Part shown: piece by piece, positions 9,975-18,701 of the stretch
Layout of the letters: every line of letters starts with the position of its first letter
Position numbering within the stretch: the stretch's first letter is position 1
Assembly (NCBI GenBank): GCA_048939765.1
Contig: JBHLPF010000006.1
Span: 1 to 64,000 of the forward strand
Source: Promethearchaeota archaeon
GTDB taxonomy: Archaea > Asgardarchaeota > Thorarchaeia > Thorarchaeales > Thorarchaeaceae
Direction: 5' to 3'
Length of the DNA: 64,000 nt
Made by a program: the position numbers and the translations under genes
Notes under the pieces: generated by a model
Databases searched by the model: none
What the model was told of the DNA's origin: nothing
The model's input: the letters and a program-made list of their open reading frames with translations, nothing else

Positions 9975-11338
9975 ATATGCCCCTCCAGGGCGCTGATTAC
10001 ACACTCGGCTGAGTTCGCAGCTTGTTGTAGACCAACCCCGGCTCCTGCAGTATCAGTTCCAACGATATACAGTCCCTTGACGGGAGTTCCAGGACCAGGT
10101 CGGTCAAGATCTGTTTGACCTGGGATGAGTGCAGCTCGCGTTGCATAGGAGCTCTGGATGTGTTCCATTTCGATGTGGTCAAGGACATCCGGATGATATT
10201 CTCGAAGACCGTTCTCCTTCACAAGCTCCGCCATGGTCTCGGGAGTCTTGCCATCTTGAAGTATTGTGGCTACTCCAATTAGCTCCTTTCCATCAGGCGC
10301 ACATGATGGATCAAATGATGACATTGAAATCATCCAAGCTTCAGGGCGTGGATGAACTATCACTCTGGACTTGCGATCACCAATGACAACCTGATCAAGA
10401 CCAAACCATATAGTAACGCCTTTTGTGAACTCCATATGATCCCATTTTCTGAAGAATTCGTTGATGGTGTTATCTCGTGATTCGACTATTCTGGACATTG
10501 ACCAGAGTGGAATGTTGCTGATTATAGTTGAGTGTTCTAGTGCATGACCTTTTGTTGTGACGGAGATGACACTGCCATCCTCCTCAGTGATTCTTTCTAC
10601 GGGGGCATTAAGAACGTAATCGCCTTCAATCTTATCAGACACACGGTCCACCAATGACTGCATCCCACCAACAGTTATGCCTTCGTCATACTCAGAACTC
10701 CCTAATAGAAGCCTTTTTGCTGATTGCAGCTTGTTACTCTCCTTATCAGTGTCCTTCAAAGTGCGAAGAGCCTCATACGCCGAGGCGCGAGTTATTGGAA
10801 CTCCTGCAGCCATATAGATTGCACTCTGCATGACATCGAGCATCACCTGGTTTGTTGCACCTTCTGATTCCATATATTCTTGAAATGTGATATCCTTGTA
10901 TCTCTGCATCTCCTCGAGCTTCATGGTCTTGATCTTTGCTCCAATCCGGGCTAGGCCCAGGCGCCCCTTTGCTCCCGTAAGAGGCCATCTCAGAGTCTCC
11001 CCAACACTCGATGGAATCGTGCCTACTTTGTCATGGACTCTGAAAAACCAACCCTCATGCAACACGAACTCAGGTGGAGGGTCAAGATGGGTCCGCAGAA
11101 ATCTTGCAAAAGCGCCTCGCTTCACTCTAGTTATGACATGTAGACCTTGGTCCACACGATAGCCATTCACCCAATATCCATGCCAGACTCCACCAAGACG
11201 GTCGGCCATCTCAAGCATCAGAACCCTCTTTCCCTTGGCTGTCAGCCCGAGAGCTGTAAGAAGCCCTCCAGCGCCAGCGCCACAGATGATTGCAGCGTAT
11301 TTAGTGCTGTCAGCTTGGTCGATTTTGATTTCTCGCAT
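9971..11338 (-). CDS. FAD-dependent oxidoreductase (phytoene dehydrogenase-like)
   Basis: IICGAGAGG Rossmann motif, LGG, VDQGLH, GGMQSL, TPVKGLYIVG. Confidence 0.85.
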   Translation of the reverse strand: MREIKIDQADSTKYAAIICGAGAGGLLTALGLTAKGKRVLMLEMADRLGGVWHGYWVNGYRVDQGLHVITRVKRGAFARFLRTHLDPPPEFVLHEGWFFRVHDKVGTIPSSVGETLRWPLTGAKGRLGLARIGAKIKTMKLEEMQRYKDITFQEYMESEGATNQVMLDVMQSAIYMAAGVPITRASAYEALRTLKDTDKESNKLQSAKRLLLGSSEYDEGITVGGMQSLVDRVSDKIEGDYVLNAPVERITEEDGSVISVTTKGHALEHSTIISNIPLWSMSRIVESRDNTINEFFRKWDHMEFTKGVTIWFGLDQVVIGDRKSRVIVHPRPEAWMISMSSFDPSCAPDGKELIGVATILQDGKTPETMAELVKENGLREYHPDVLDHIEMEHIQSSYATRAALIPGQTDLDRPGPGTPVKGLYIVGTDTAGAGVGLQQAANSAECVISALEGHI

Positions 11339-11399
11339 GGTCTGATTCAGGATTGCTCGGAGTCATGTCCACTTAAGCAGTGCGCAAGAGGTTTGTGTC

Positions 11400-12503
11400 T
11401 CAAAGCAAGTCAACAACTCGATTCTCATTTGCAGATTCATAAGCCGCATCCACAACCTTGTGTGCAGCAATTGCATCCAAGAAATCTGGTGATGGGTCTT
11501 TATCGCCTTGAACCGCCCTGATGAAGGAATAGCTCAAAGCAGAGAATCTCTCTGTACCCACATTCGTGATGGCATTAAGAGCCTCGGGTGCCATATTCTT
11601 TGAATGAAGACCGAGAGTTTCAAGCAGCGCTAGATTGGCTTGTTCCTCTTCAACTCTGACAGGAAGCTCATTCTGAAGATGGTATTCCAACCAGCGGTCA
11701 GCAGTCTCTAGATTGATAGAGATAATGCCCTTTTCAAAGAAGAACTCGATTCTTCGCTCATTTTGACGGTCAACCTGATGCCAGACGGAAACAAGCGTAC
11801 TGACCACACCATCCTTGTGGGTCATCACAAGTGAAGCCTGATCCTCAACTTCTCTCTCAGAGAAGAAGCCGATCTTGGCATAGACACTGGTTGTTTCTCC
11901 AAAGAACCACCGCAGGATGTCTAAGTCGTGAATACTGTGTTCGATGAGAGCCCCGCCACCTGCAATGGTCCTATCTCCTCGCCACTGTGTGTAGAATCCA
12001 TAGTCTACGGGAAAATGTTGGTCATCTCTAATATGAGCGTGCATAGGCCGGCCAAGGTCCCTGGTTTCAATTAGCTTCTTTGCATAGAGGAGAAAAGGAT
12101 CAAAACGAAGAACAAGCCCTACTCCAGTCTTGATATCTTCGCTCTTTGCAACCGCAAAAAGGTCTCTCGCTTGAGGACAACTATGAGCAAGAGGCTTTTC
12201 ACAGAATACATCCTTGTGCGCTTTCGCAGCAGCTGTCACCATGTCAATATGCTGACTGGTTGGAGTGCAGACATAGACAAGGTCAACATTCTCATCATTG
12301 ATAAGATCTTCATAGTTGCCATATGTCTTATCGACATCATAGAGCTCTGCCGCACGCTCTAAGGACTCCTTATCAATATCACAAAGTGCAGCAATCTCTA
12401 CATTGACAAGCCCAGCCTCACGAAGTGCCGCAATTGCCAGAAGATGCATTTGGCCAACGTTGCCGGTGCCAATTAAACCCAAGCCAGTCTTTGCGTTGCT
12501 CAA
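11400..12503 (-). CDS. Gfo/Idh/MocA family oxidoreductase
   Basis: GLIGTGNVG, VYVCTP, CEKPLA, GGGALIEHSIHDLD. Confidence 0.92.
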   Translation of the reverse strand: MSNAKTGLGLIGTGNVGQMHLLAIAALREAGLVNVEIAALCDIDKESLERAAELYDVDKTYGNYEDLINDENVDLVYVCTPTSQHIDMVTAAAKAHKDVFCEKPLAHSCPQARDLFAVAKSEDIKTGVGLVLRFDPFLLYAKKLIETRDLGRPMHAHIRDDQHFPVDYGFYTQWRGDRTIAGGGALIEHSIHDLDILRWFFGETTSVYAKIGFFSEREVEDQASLVMTHKDGVVSTLVSVWHQVDRQNERRIEFFFEKGIISINLETADRWLEYHLQNELPVRVEEEQANLALLETLGLHSKNMAPEALNAITNVGTERFSALSYSFIRAVQGDKDPSPDFLDAIAAHKVVDAAYESANENRVVDLL

Positions 12504-12635
12504 AGGGTTTCAACTGCCATTGTCGCATTCCTTGTGTGCATATGAGTCTTCTGAAACCCATATTCTCCTAGGGGAGGGAACGACTAGTATTAATAAGCAT
12601 CAGATATTCGAATGATGTAACAGGAGCCCAGTTCA

Positions 12636-14474
12636 TTGACTTCAGTAGACGAGCTATTGTTGCAAGCCAAGAGTGCCCTTCAAGAGGGCAGAAGAGAGGC
12701 TGGTGCAAGACTGCTTGATGAAGCCGCGGGCGTTTTTGCAGCACAGGAAGTCAATGATAAATCGGCCATTCTATATGAACGTGCAGCGCTAATCTATAGA
12801 GAGGTCTATCTTGCCTACGAATCGTTCAAGGCTTTTGAAAATGCCACCTTGATGTTGATACGACAACCAAATACCCCGGAATTGCAGCAGAAGATAGTTG
12901 ATCTCAATACAACAGCTGGAAATACAGCTGAGGAAACCACTGATTACAAGAGAGCTGCTGATTTCTATTTCCGCGCATCAGATTTTGTGGTTGACGATGA
13001 AGCAAAGCAGCAGCTCACTATGAAGGCTGCAGATGCACTTGAAAGCTTGGCTGATCAAAGAGAGGAGGAAGACGACCTCGAAAGTGCGGTTAGTCTGCTC
13101 AAGAAGGTTGGCAGGCTCTATTACACGTGCGGAGACGATGAACTGGGAAATAGGATTAATGATAGAGCAGCTAAAATCGCACAGAAGTGGGCTCAGAAAG
13201 CTAAGGGAGAGGGCGACCTTCTCTCAGCTGGAAACGCTCTCGCCGAAGCAGCGCAGATTATGCAGACTGAAGGCGAATCGCCTGAAGCCACAAGACTGAT
13301 GATGGAAGCAGGAGAGCTCTACGAAGCTGTGAGTCTATTTGAGAAAGCCGGTAACATCTATGATGCTGCACAGGAATCGTACCAGATGTTGCGACAGACA
13401 TCAGGACGACGAACAGCGATCACAAAAGCAGCCGAAGCATATCTAAAGATGGAAGGCAAGCCTGAGGTGCTTGCGCCCTTGCTAATCAAAGCAGGAAATC
13501 TCTTTCTTGAGATTGGACTGGATGTGAAGGCAAAATGGGCCTTCAAGCGTGGCAACGAACTGTTTGGCGTACTTGCGGCGAAGGCTGGCGAAAACGAGGA
13601 AATAGACTCACAGATGCAATACATCAGATTTCAAGCGTTGTGTCTTATGAAGTGGGATAGAACTGAAGAAGCTGAAAAGCTGTATACTGATGTGATTGAT
13701 TACTACCTTGGTCAAGCAGAACTCGAGAGAGATAACAAGGAGGCATATGGCCTCGCACTTGAAGCGGCTTCTGATGTTCTCGATGAAGCACAACGCCCAG
13801 AAGAAGCAAGAGCGCATCTGGAAAGGGCTCTTGAGATGTTCGTCGCACTTGCAGAGGAATTCGCATCTTCTGAGATGTTGGATGAGAGTTCAAGATTATA
13901 CAGCAAGGCCGCTGACTGTGCTAAGAAACTGGGCTATGACGAGAAGAGCGTGTCCTATCATGAGATTGCCAGTGTCAAGGCTGAAGAAGCGGCTAGCTCC
14001 TATATGAAAATGGATATCAAAGAGTTGGCAACTATTTGGTTGAGAACAGCTGGGACTGAAGCCCTTAAGACTGGAAAAGAAGAGTTGCTGGATAGGGCTA
14101 TAGGATTGTTGAGAGATTCGGCCGAAGGTTTCAAGTCTATTGATGTAATGAGTGACGCATTTGAAGACCTATTCGCAGTCTTTGAGGCGCTGTTCTTGTA
14201 CCGTTCTGATAATAGGGATGAGATCGCCAAGATATTGTCTGAAATGGATGAGTTGGCTCGTGCAACGCAGGACTATAAGATGCATTCCCTCATGACTGTC
14301 ATCAATTCGGTGGAGAAAGGTAATCCAACAGCAGCCATACTCACGCTTCAAGAGAGAGAGGAAGAGCTATTGCCGCTCCGCAAGCGACTACTTGCGTTGA
14401 TAAGGCATTCAAAACAAGTCAGAGCGCCCGAGGATGTAGAAGCAACCGGAAGAACTCACTGGCTCTACAAATAG
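12636..14474 (+). CDS. Alpha-solenoid TPR/SNAP-like repeat protein
   Basis: Ala/Glu-rich helical repeats such as KSAILYERAALIY, LLSAGNALAEAAQI and KAGNIYDAA. Confidence 0.75.
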   Translation: MTSVDELLLQAKSALQEGRREAGARLLDEAAGVFAAQEVNDKSAILYERAALIYREVYLAYESFKAFENATLMLIRQPNTPELQQKIVDLNTTAGNTAEETTDYKRAADFYFRASDFVVDDEAKQQLTMKAADALESLADQREEEDDLESAVSLLKKVGRLYYTCGDDELGNRINDRAAKIAQKWAQKAKGEGDLLSAGNALAEAAQIMQTEGESPEATRLMMEAGELYEAVSLFEKAGNIYDAAQESYQMLRQTSGRRTAITKAAEAYLKMEGKPEVLAPLLIKAGNLFLEIGLDVKAKWAFKRGNELFGVLAAKAGENEEIDSQMQYIRFQALCLMKWDRTEEAEKLYTDVIDYYLGQAELERDNKEAYGLALEAASDVLDEAQRPEEARAHLERALEMFVALAEEFASSEMLDESSRLYSKAADCAKKLGYDEKSVSYHEIASVKAEEAASSYMKMDIKELATIWLRTAGTEALKTGKEELLDRAIGLLRDSAEGFKSIDVMSDAFEDLFAVFEALFLYRSDNRDEIAKILSEMDELARATQDYKMHSLMTVINSVEKGNPTAAILTLQEREEELLPLRKRLLALIRHSKQVRAPEDVEATGRTHWLYK

Positions 14475-14487
14475 ATACTTCACTCAG

Positions 14488-14943
14488 ATGCCACCTAACG
14501 TATTTGATAAGAAGGTGAGCCAGATGGCAACATATCATAGGTCATTCACATTGAATACGAGAGGGAATTGTGATATAATTGACATAACCGGAAGGGTGGA
14601 AGACATTGTAAGGGAGAGTGGTCTCACTGGCGGATTGTGCACTGTGTTTTGTCCTGGTTCAACAGCTTCCATAACCACAATCGAGTATGAGGACGGTCTT
14701 CTGAAAGATTTTCCAGATGCAATGGATCGGTTAGTGCCAGAGGACATTACTTACCAACATCATCTCCGCTGGGGTGATGGTAACGGTCATTCTCATGTAA
14801 GGGCATCAATAATGGGACCAAGCCTCACTATACCTTTTACCGGGCATTCTTTGACCTTGGGGACATGGCAGCAAGTTGTGTGCTGTGATTTCGATAACAA
14901 GGCTAGGAATAGAAGAATCGAGGTTATGCTCATAGGTGAATAA
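14488..14943 (+). CDS. yjbQ: YjbQ/UPF0047 family protein
   Basis: IIDIT, GSTASITTIE, DGNGHSHVRAS, LGTWQQV; likely start at the MATY Met. Confidence 0.92.
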   Translation: MPPNVFDKKVSQMATYHRSFTLNTRGNCDIIDITGRVEDIVRESGLTGGLCTVFCPGSTASITTIEYEDGLLKDFPDAMDRLVPEDITYQHHLRWGDGNGHSHVRASIMGPSLTIPFTGHSLTLGTWQQVVCCDFDNKARNRRIEVMLIGE

Positions 14944-15213
14944 TCAGAACAAATCAGACTGTTCGTCCAGCTCCCACTCAAGATTTCTAATACTTTCGGG
15001 AACAGGGCTCTCATTTCGTATCTTGTACGCCAAGTAATGGATACGAAGCGATCGTCTAAGCCGATGAAGTTGAAAGGGTGCGTTCCAGTCCGGATTCTTC
15101 TGCCTGTATTCAAGAGTGTCCATGAGATTCCTGATTGTGTCCAACTCACGCTTTACCTGGGCTTTCACATCATCAAGATCTCGGTCAATCGTAAGCGCGC
15201 CTCCGTTTGTCAT
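14944..15213 (-). CDS. Hypothetical small helical protein
   Basis: 89-aa ORF that fills the gap downstream of and co-oriented with nob1. Confidence 0.6.
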   Translation of the reverse strand: MTNGGALTIDRDLDDVKAQVKRELDTIRNLMDTLEYRQKNPDWNAPFQLHRLRRSLRIHYLAYKIRNESPVPESIRNLEWELDEQSDLF

Positions 15214-15273
15214 TTGGAAACACCTTACTGACTACTCTCTGAAGACCATTAAACTAGGAGTATGACCTTGGTA

Positions 15274-15795
15274 TTACTTCGCGCGTTTGATTTTTTCCTT
15301 TCTCTTTGGTTTCCTTTGCATTTCCGTTCCACACACTGGACACTCGACCCGGCCGGTCGTTTCAGATCCCTCATTTCCACAGGCAGGGCATTTTAGCATC
15401 CATGTGATTCTCTCCTTCATTCTCCCCTTTGGATCCAATGTGTTAAGACCAAGGGCGGCTGCGGTGTTAAGCAAGGCTAAGTCACTGGACACAACACTCA
15501 CTTTGTGACCAAGGTGTTTTTGCTGTAGACTCAACGAAATCAGTTCCAAGTCCTCTTTACTTAGTACGCCATAATCCCCCATTTCACGAGCCTTCTTCTC
15601 GGCCATTTCAATTGACTCCAAATCAGGCGAAGCAATTCGCAATCTGTCCGTCGAAAGAAGACTCTGAACCCTGTTTCTACTTGGACTGTTTTGAATCTCA
15701 TCAATCACCGACTGAGTTGTCATGAATATGAAATCTGGATTCTTCGACGTCCACTGAGTGAGCAGGACGCCAGTATCGAGTATATAGATGCGCAA
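15274..15795 (-). CDS. nob1: Nob1-like PIN endonuclease with Zn ribbon
   Basis: YILDT, VIDEI, GD...LS..D PIN residues; CPAC and CPVCG ribbon. Confidence 0.88.
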   Translation of the reverse strand: MRIYILDTGVLLTQWTSKNPDFIFMTTQSVIDEIQNSPSRNRVQSLLSTDRLRIASPDLESIEMAEKKAREMGDYGVLSKEDLELISLSLQQKHLGHKVSVVSSDLALLNTAAALGLNTLDPKGRMKERITWMLKCPACGNEGSETTGRVECPVCGTEMQRKPKRKEKIKRAK

Positions 15796-15806
15796 AACCC
15801 AGCCAC

Positions 15807-16685
15807 CTAGAGGGTTCGTGGGACAAGACGCGTATTGATTCTGTCCCAGTAGTTGTCATACATTCGAATGAAACGAGATACACCCTTTGCTTTCTTGACC
15901 CAGACAGTCTCTGAAGGTTCAACGTCCCACCGTGTCTGTCCATCAATCACTGCTAACCCGGGAGCCCCGGGTTTAACTAGTTCCAGCTCCAGAACACTAC
16001 TATCAGGAATCACAACCGATTTCAGCTCAAAACGCGGGGGACAAACTGGGACAAAGATAAAGCCATTGACATTTGGAGAGAGAATGGATCCCCCCGCAGC
16101 CAGGGCATATGCCGTTGAGCCACAGGGCGTCGCCACCATTGCGCCATCGGCTCGACCATAGTCGATTCGAACGCCGTCGAGATGAGCCTGAAATGTCAAT
16201 AGCCGGCCGGGAATTCTCGATACAACATATACCTCATTGAGCGCTTCCTCGAATTCTCTGTCACCAACCCCTGATGCGATATTGACATTCACTTCCAGAA
16301 CACACCGACCTTCAATCACTTTCTCAAGGGCATCCAATGCAGTTGTGGTGCTTGCTTCGGTGAGGAACCCAATATTGCCCCGATTAACACAGAAAAGCGG
16401 GATCTCCCGGTCTTTCAGTCTAGAGAGGGCATAAAGGATTGTGCCATCACCTCCAACGGTCACCACGAAATCAACATCCATGTCTTCTATTGGAGTGGGA
16501 GCAGCTTTCTTTGTAGTGACATTACATGATCCTGGATCGACTTGAACATCAATATCTTTGGTGAGAAGGAACTCGGCTATGCGATTTGCAATGCGTTCAA
16601 CCTCGATGCGGCCGGGCTTGCACACGAGACCAACAGCTTTGCGGTCACTGAGAATTTTCGGACTCTCAATAATCAAGGATAGCAC
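15807..16685 (-). CDS. nadK: NAD kinase
   Basis: GGDGT, GNIGFL, ALNE, DG..VATPCGSTAYALAAGG. Confidence 0.95.
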   Translation of the reverse strand: MLSLIIESPKILSDRKAVGLVCKPGRIEVERIANRIAEFLLTKDIDVQVDPGSCNVTTKKAAPTPIEDMDVDFVVTVGGDGTILYALSRLKDREIPLFCVNRGNIGFLTEASTTTALDALEKVIEGRCVLEVNVNIASGVGDREFEEALNEVYVVSRIPGRLLTFQAHLDGVRIDYGRADGAMVATPCGSTAYALAAGGSILSPNVNGFIFVPVCPPRFELKSVVIPDSSVLELELVKPGAPGLAVIDGQTRWDVEPSETVWVKKAKGVSRFIRMYDNYWDRINTRLVPRTL

Positions 16686-16822
16686 TTCCGACTGGTCCTG
16701 ACCGTAATTCCCTTTTACTCTTGTTGTTGCCTAGATAATCAGAAAAGTCGATTTCCCGCAAAGTATTTAGATGATGCAGAGGGTGTTGGGATGAAACGGC
16801 CTACAAGACGTGGTGATATACA

Positions 16823-17221
16823 TTGAGCATTCAGAAAAAGACCGCGAAGGGATTGAAACCAGGGAGCTATTTTCTAATTGACGGAGAACCGTGTAGAGTG
16901 ATTTCTATAGAGAAGTCCAAGCCTGGAAAACATGGATCTGCCAAGGCTAATATCACAGCAGTAGGTTTCTTCGACAATAGAAAACGCAATGTCATCATGC
17001 CCGCAGATCGTCAGGTGGACGTGCCTCTGATTGATAAAAGGGGTGCAACTATCATTGCAGACATGGGAGAAACTTTGAGTCTGATGGATACAGGCGAGCC
17101 CTACGAAACTTACGAAGTAGCAAGGCCCACTGATGAGGATATAGCTTCCAAGATTGCGCTCAATGCTGAAGTTGAGGTTTGGGATGTAATGGGCACAAAG
17201 GTCATCACCAGAGTGAAGTAG
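16823..17221 (+). CDS. eif5a: Translation factor aIF5A
   Basis: SKPGKHGSAK hypusination motif. Confidence 0.96.
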   Translation: MSIQKKTAKGLKPGSYFLIDGEPCRVISIEKSKPGKHGSAKANITAVGFFDNRKRNVIMPADRQVDVPLIDKRGATIIADMGETLSLMDTGEPYETYEVARPTDEDIASKIALNAEVEVWDVMGTKVITRVK

Positions 17222-17300
17222 AAAGATTTCAGCGCGCTCTTCACAGGTCATGTGGTCAGCGGACACTATTCATTTATCACCCGCGAGTTCAAATTAGCAG

Positions 17301-17762
17301 TTGACATTCGGAGCTGGTACTATGGGCTCGGAAGAAAAGCTTGGCAAGTATGACATGAGAATAATCAAGGAGCTCGTGGAAAACTCAAGAAGCCCGCTTA
17401 GGGACATCGGAAAACGAGTCAAACTTAGCGCAAGTTCCGTGAGAAACAGAATGGCTCGTCTAGAGGCCATGAATGTAATCAAGAAATATACAGTGGAAGT
17501 CGACTGGAGAAAACTAGGATACGATATTGAGGTAATCTTGCTGATCTCATCTTGGATGACTGCATCCAGAGAAATTCATGAAACCCTCTCACAGTTTGAA
17601 CAAGTGAGTAAGGTCTATTGGACAGCTGGCACAGCTAATCTGGTCTGTTTTATCCGTGTGGAAACAATGCAAGAACTGTCCACCTTCATTACTGAGAATC
17701 TTGAGAAATTGAGGGGTATTGAGAGAGTCGAGAGCCTGTTCATCATGCCTGTTCAAGAATAA
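17301..17762 (+). CDS. Lrp/AsnC family transcriptional regulator
   Basis: N-terminal HTH (SRSPLRDIGKRVKLSASSVRNRMARL), VDWRKLGY linker, RAM domain. Confidence 0.9.
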   Translation: MTFGAGTMGSEEKLGKYDMRIIKELVENSRSPLRDIGKRVKLSASSVRNRMARLEAMNVIKKYTVEVDWRKLGYDIEVILLISSWMTASREIHETLSQFEQVSKVYWTAGTANLVCFIRVETMQELSTFITENLEKLRGIERVESLFIMPVQE

Positions 17763-17767
17763 AGAGA

Positions 17768-17884
17768 TGGTGCGGAGGGCGAGATTCGAACTCGCGAACT
17801 TCTACAAGAATCCCCTGCGATCACCAGGGTGAACGCATCAGGGACCTGAGCCCTGCGCCTTTGACCAGGCTTGGCAACCTCCGC
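17768..17884 (-). tRNA. trnL: tRNA-Leu(CAG) with a 29-nt intron at non-canonical position 43/44 (17810-17838); CCA encoded
   Basis: GCGGAGG/CCTCCGC acceptor stem, CAGGG-CTCAGGT-CCCTG anticodon arm, GCGAG-TTCGAAT-CTCGC T arm; the insert forms a bulge-helix-bulge. Confidence 0.92.
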
Positions 17885-17948
17885 ATTCGACCATGTCGAA
17901 ATCTCCACTTATGATAAGGATTTCTATGAATTGAAGACAGCCACTCTT

Positions 17949-18701
17949 TCAGCTATGGACTCTGGCTTTAGCCATTTGATGTCTTAGGCTTGCCCAGTCA
18001 CCCATCTTTTCGATTATCGTCTTGTCTGAAAGCGCGTCTTCAACAGCGCCGTCGAATACTATACTACCCTGATCGATAACAGCAACAGTGTCAGCCCAGT
18101 TTTCTAGGAAGAACCGGTTATGGGTTGTGTAGAGAATACTGATTCCCTCACGGCGAAGATCCCGGATGATGTCCACAATTCCGGTAATCATTGGAAAGTC
18201 CAGTCCTGCAAATGGCTCATCTAGAATCAGGATACTGGGTCGCATTGCAATAATCCCCGCGAGAGCTACTCTCTTGGCCTGCCCATGACTCATCTCGTTC
18301 ACTGGACGGTCGATGAAATCACCCATACTCACTTTCTCAAGTGACCAATCAACACGTTTCGCAACCTCTTCTTCACTCAATCCTAGATTCGTAGGACCAA
18401 ATGCAACGTCTTCCCACACGGTAGGGGCAAAGAGCTGATCATCTGGATTCTGAAAGAGAAATCCTATGTTTTGCCTAATTTCCCATAGGTTCTCACGAGT
18501 GACCTTTCTATCGTGAACAAAGATTGCTCCAGAGTGGGGTTCCAGTAGACCCACTATCAGCTTGAACAGTGTTGTTTTGCCAGAACCATTCTGACCGACA
18601 ATTGCCTTCTGTTCTCCTATATGTAGCTGAAGGTTAATGTCTTCTATTTTGAATTCGTCATATCTGAAAAACACTTGGTTCACATCAATTGCACAAGTCA
18701 T
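17949..18701 (-). CDS. cbiO: ECF transporter ATPase (NikO/CbiO)
   Basis: GQNGSGKT, FQNPDDQLFAPTV.EDVAFGP, MSHGQ, ILDEP. Confidence 0.93.
   Translation of the reverse strand: MTCAIDVNQVFFRYDEFKIEDINLQLHIGEQKAIVGQNGSGKTTLFKLIVGLLEPHSGAIFVHDRKVTRENLWEIRQNIGFLFQNPDDQLFAPTVWEDVAFGPTNLGLSEEEVAKRVDWSLEKVSMGDFIDRPVNEMSHGQAKRVALAGIIAMRPSILILDEPFAGLDFPMITGIVDIIRDLRREGISILYTTHNRFFLENWADTVAVIDQGSIVFDGAVEDALSDKTIIEKMGDWASLRHQMAKARVHS

Noticed and set aside
9971-11338. Possible Rab-GDI/REP homolog (shared FAD-oxidoreductase fold)
   Set aside because: The intact GxGxxG FAD motif and TPVKGLY tail fit ordinary phytoene-dehydrogenase-like enzymes.
17768-17884. Extra sequence read as a very long variable arm or tRNA-Sec
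   Set aside because: The anticodon is CAG, and removing the BHB-bounded 29 nt restores a normal tRNA-Leu.
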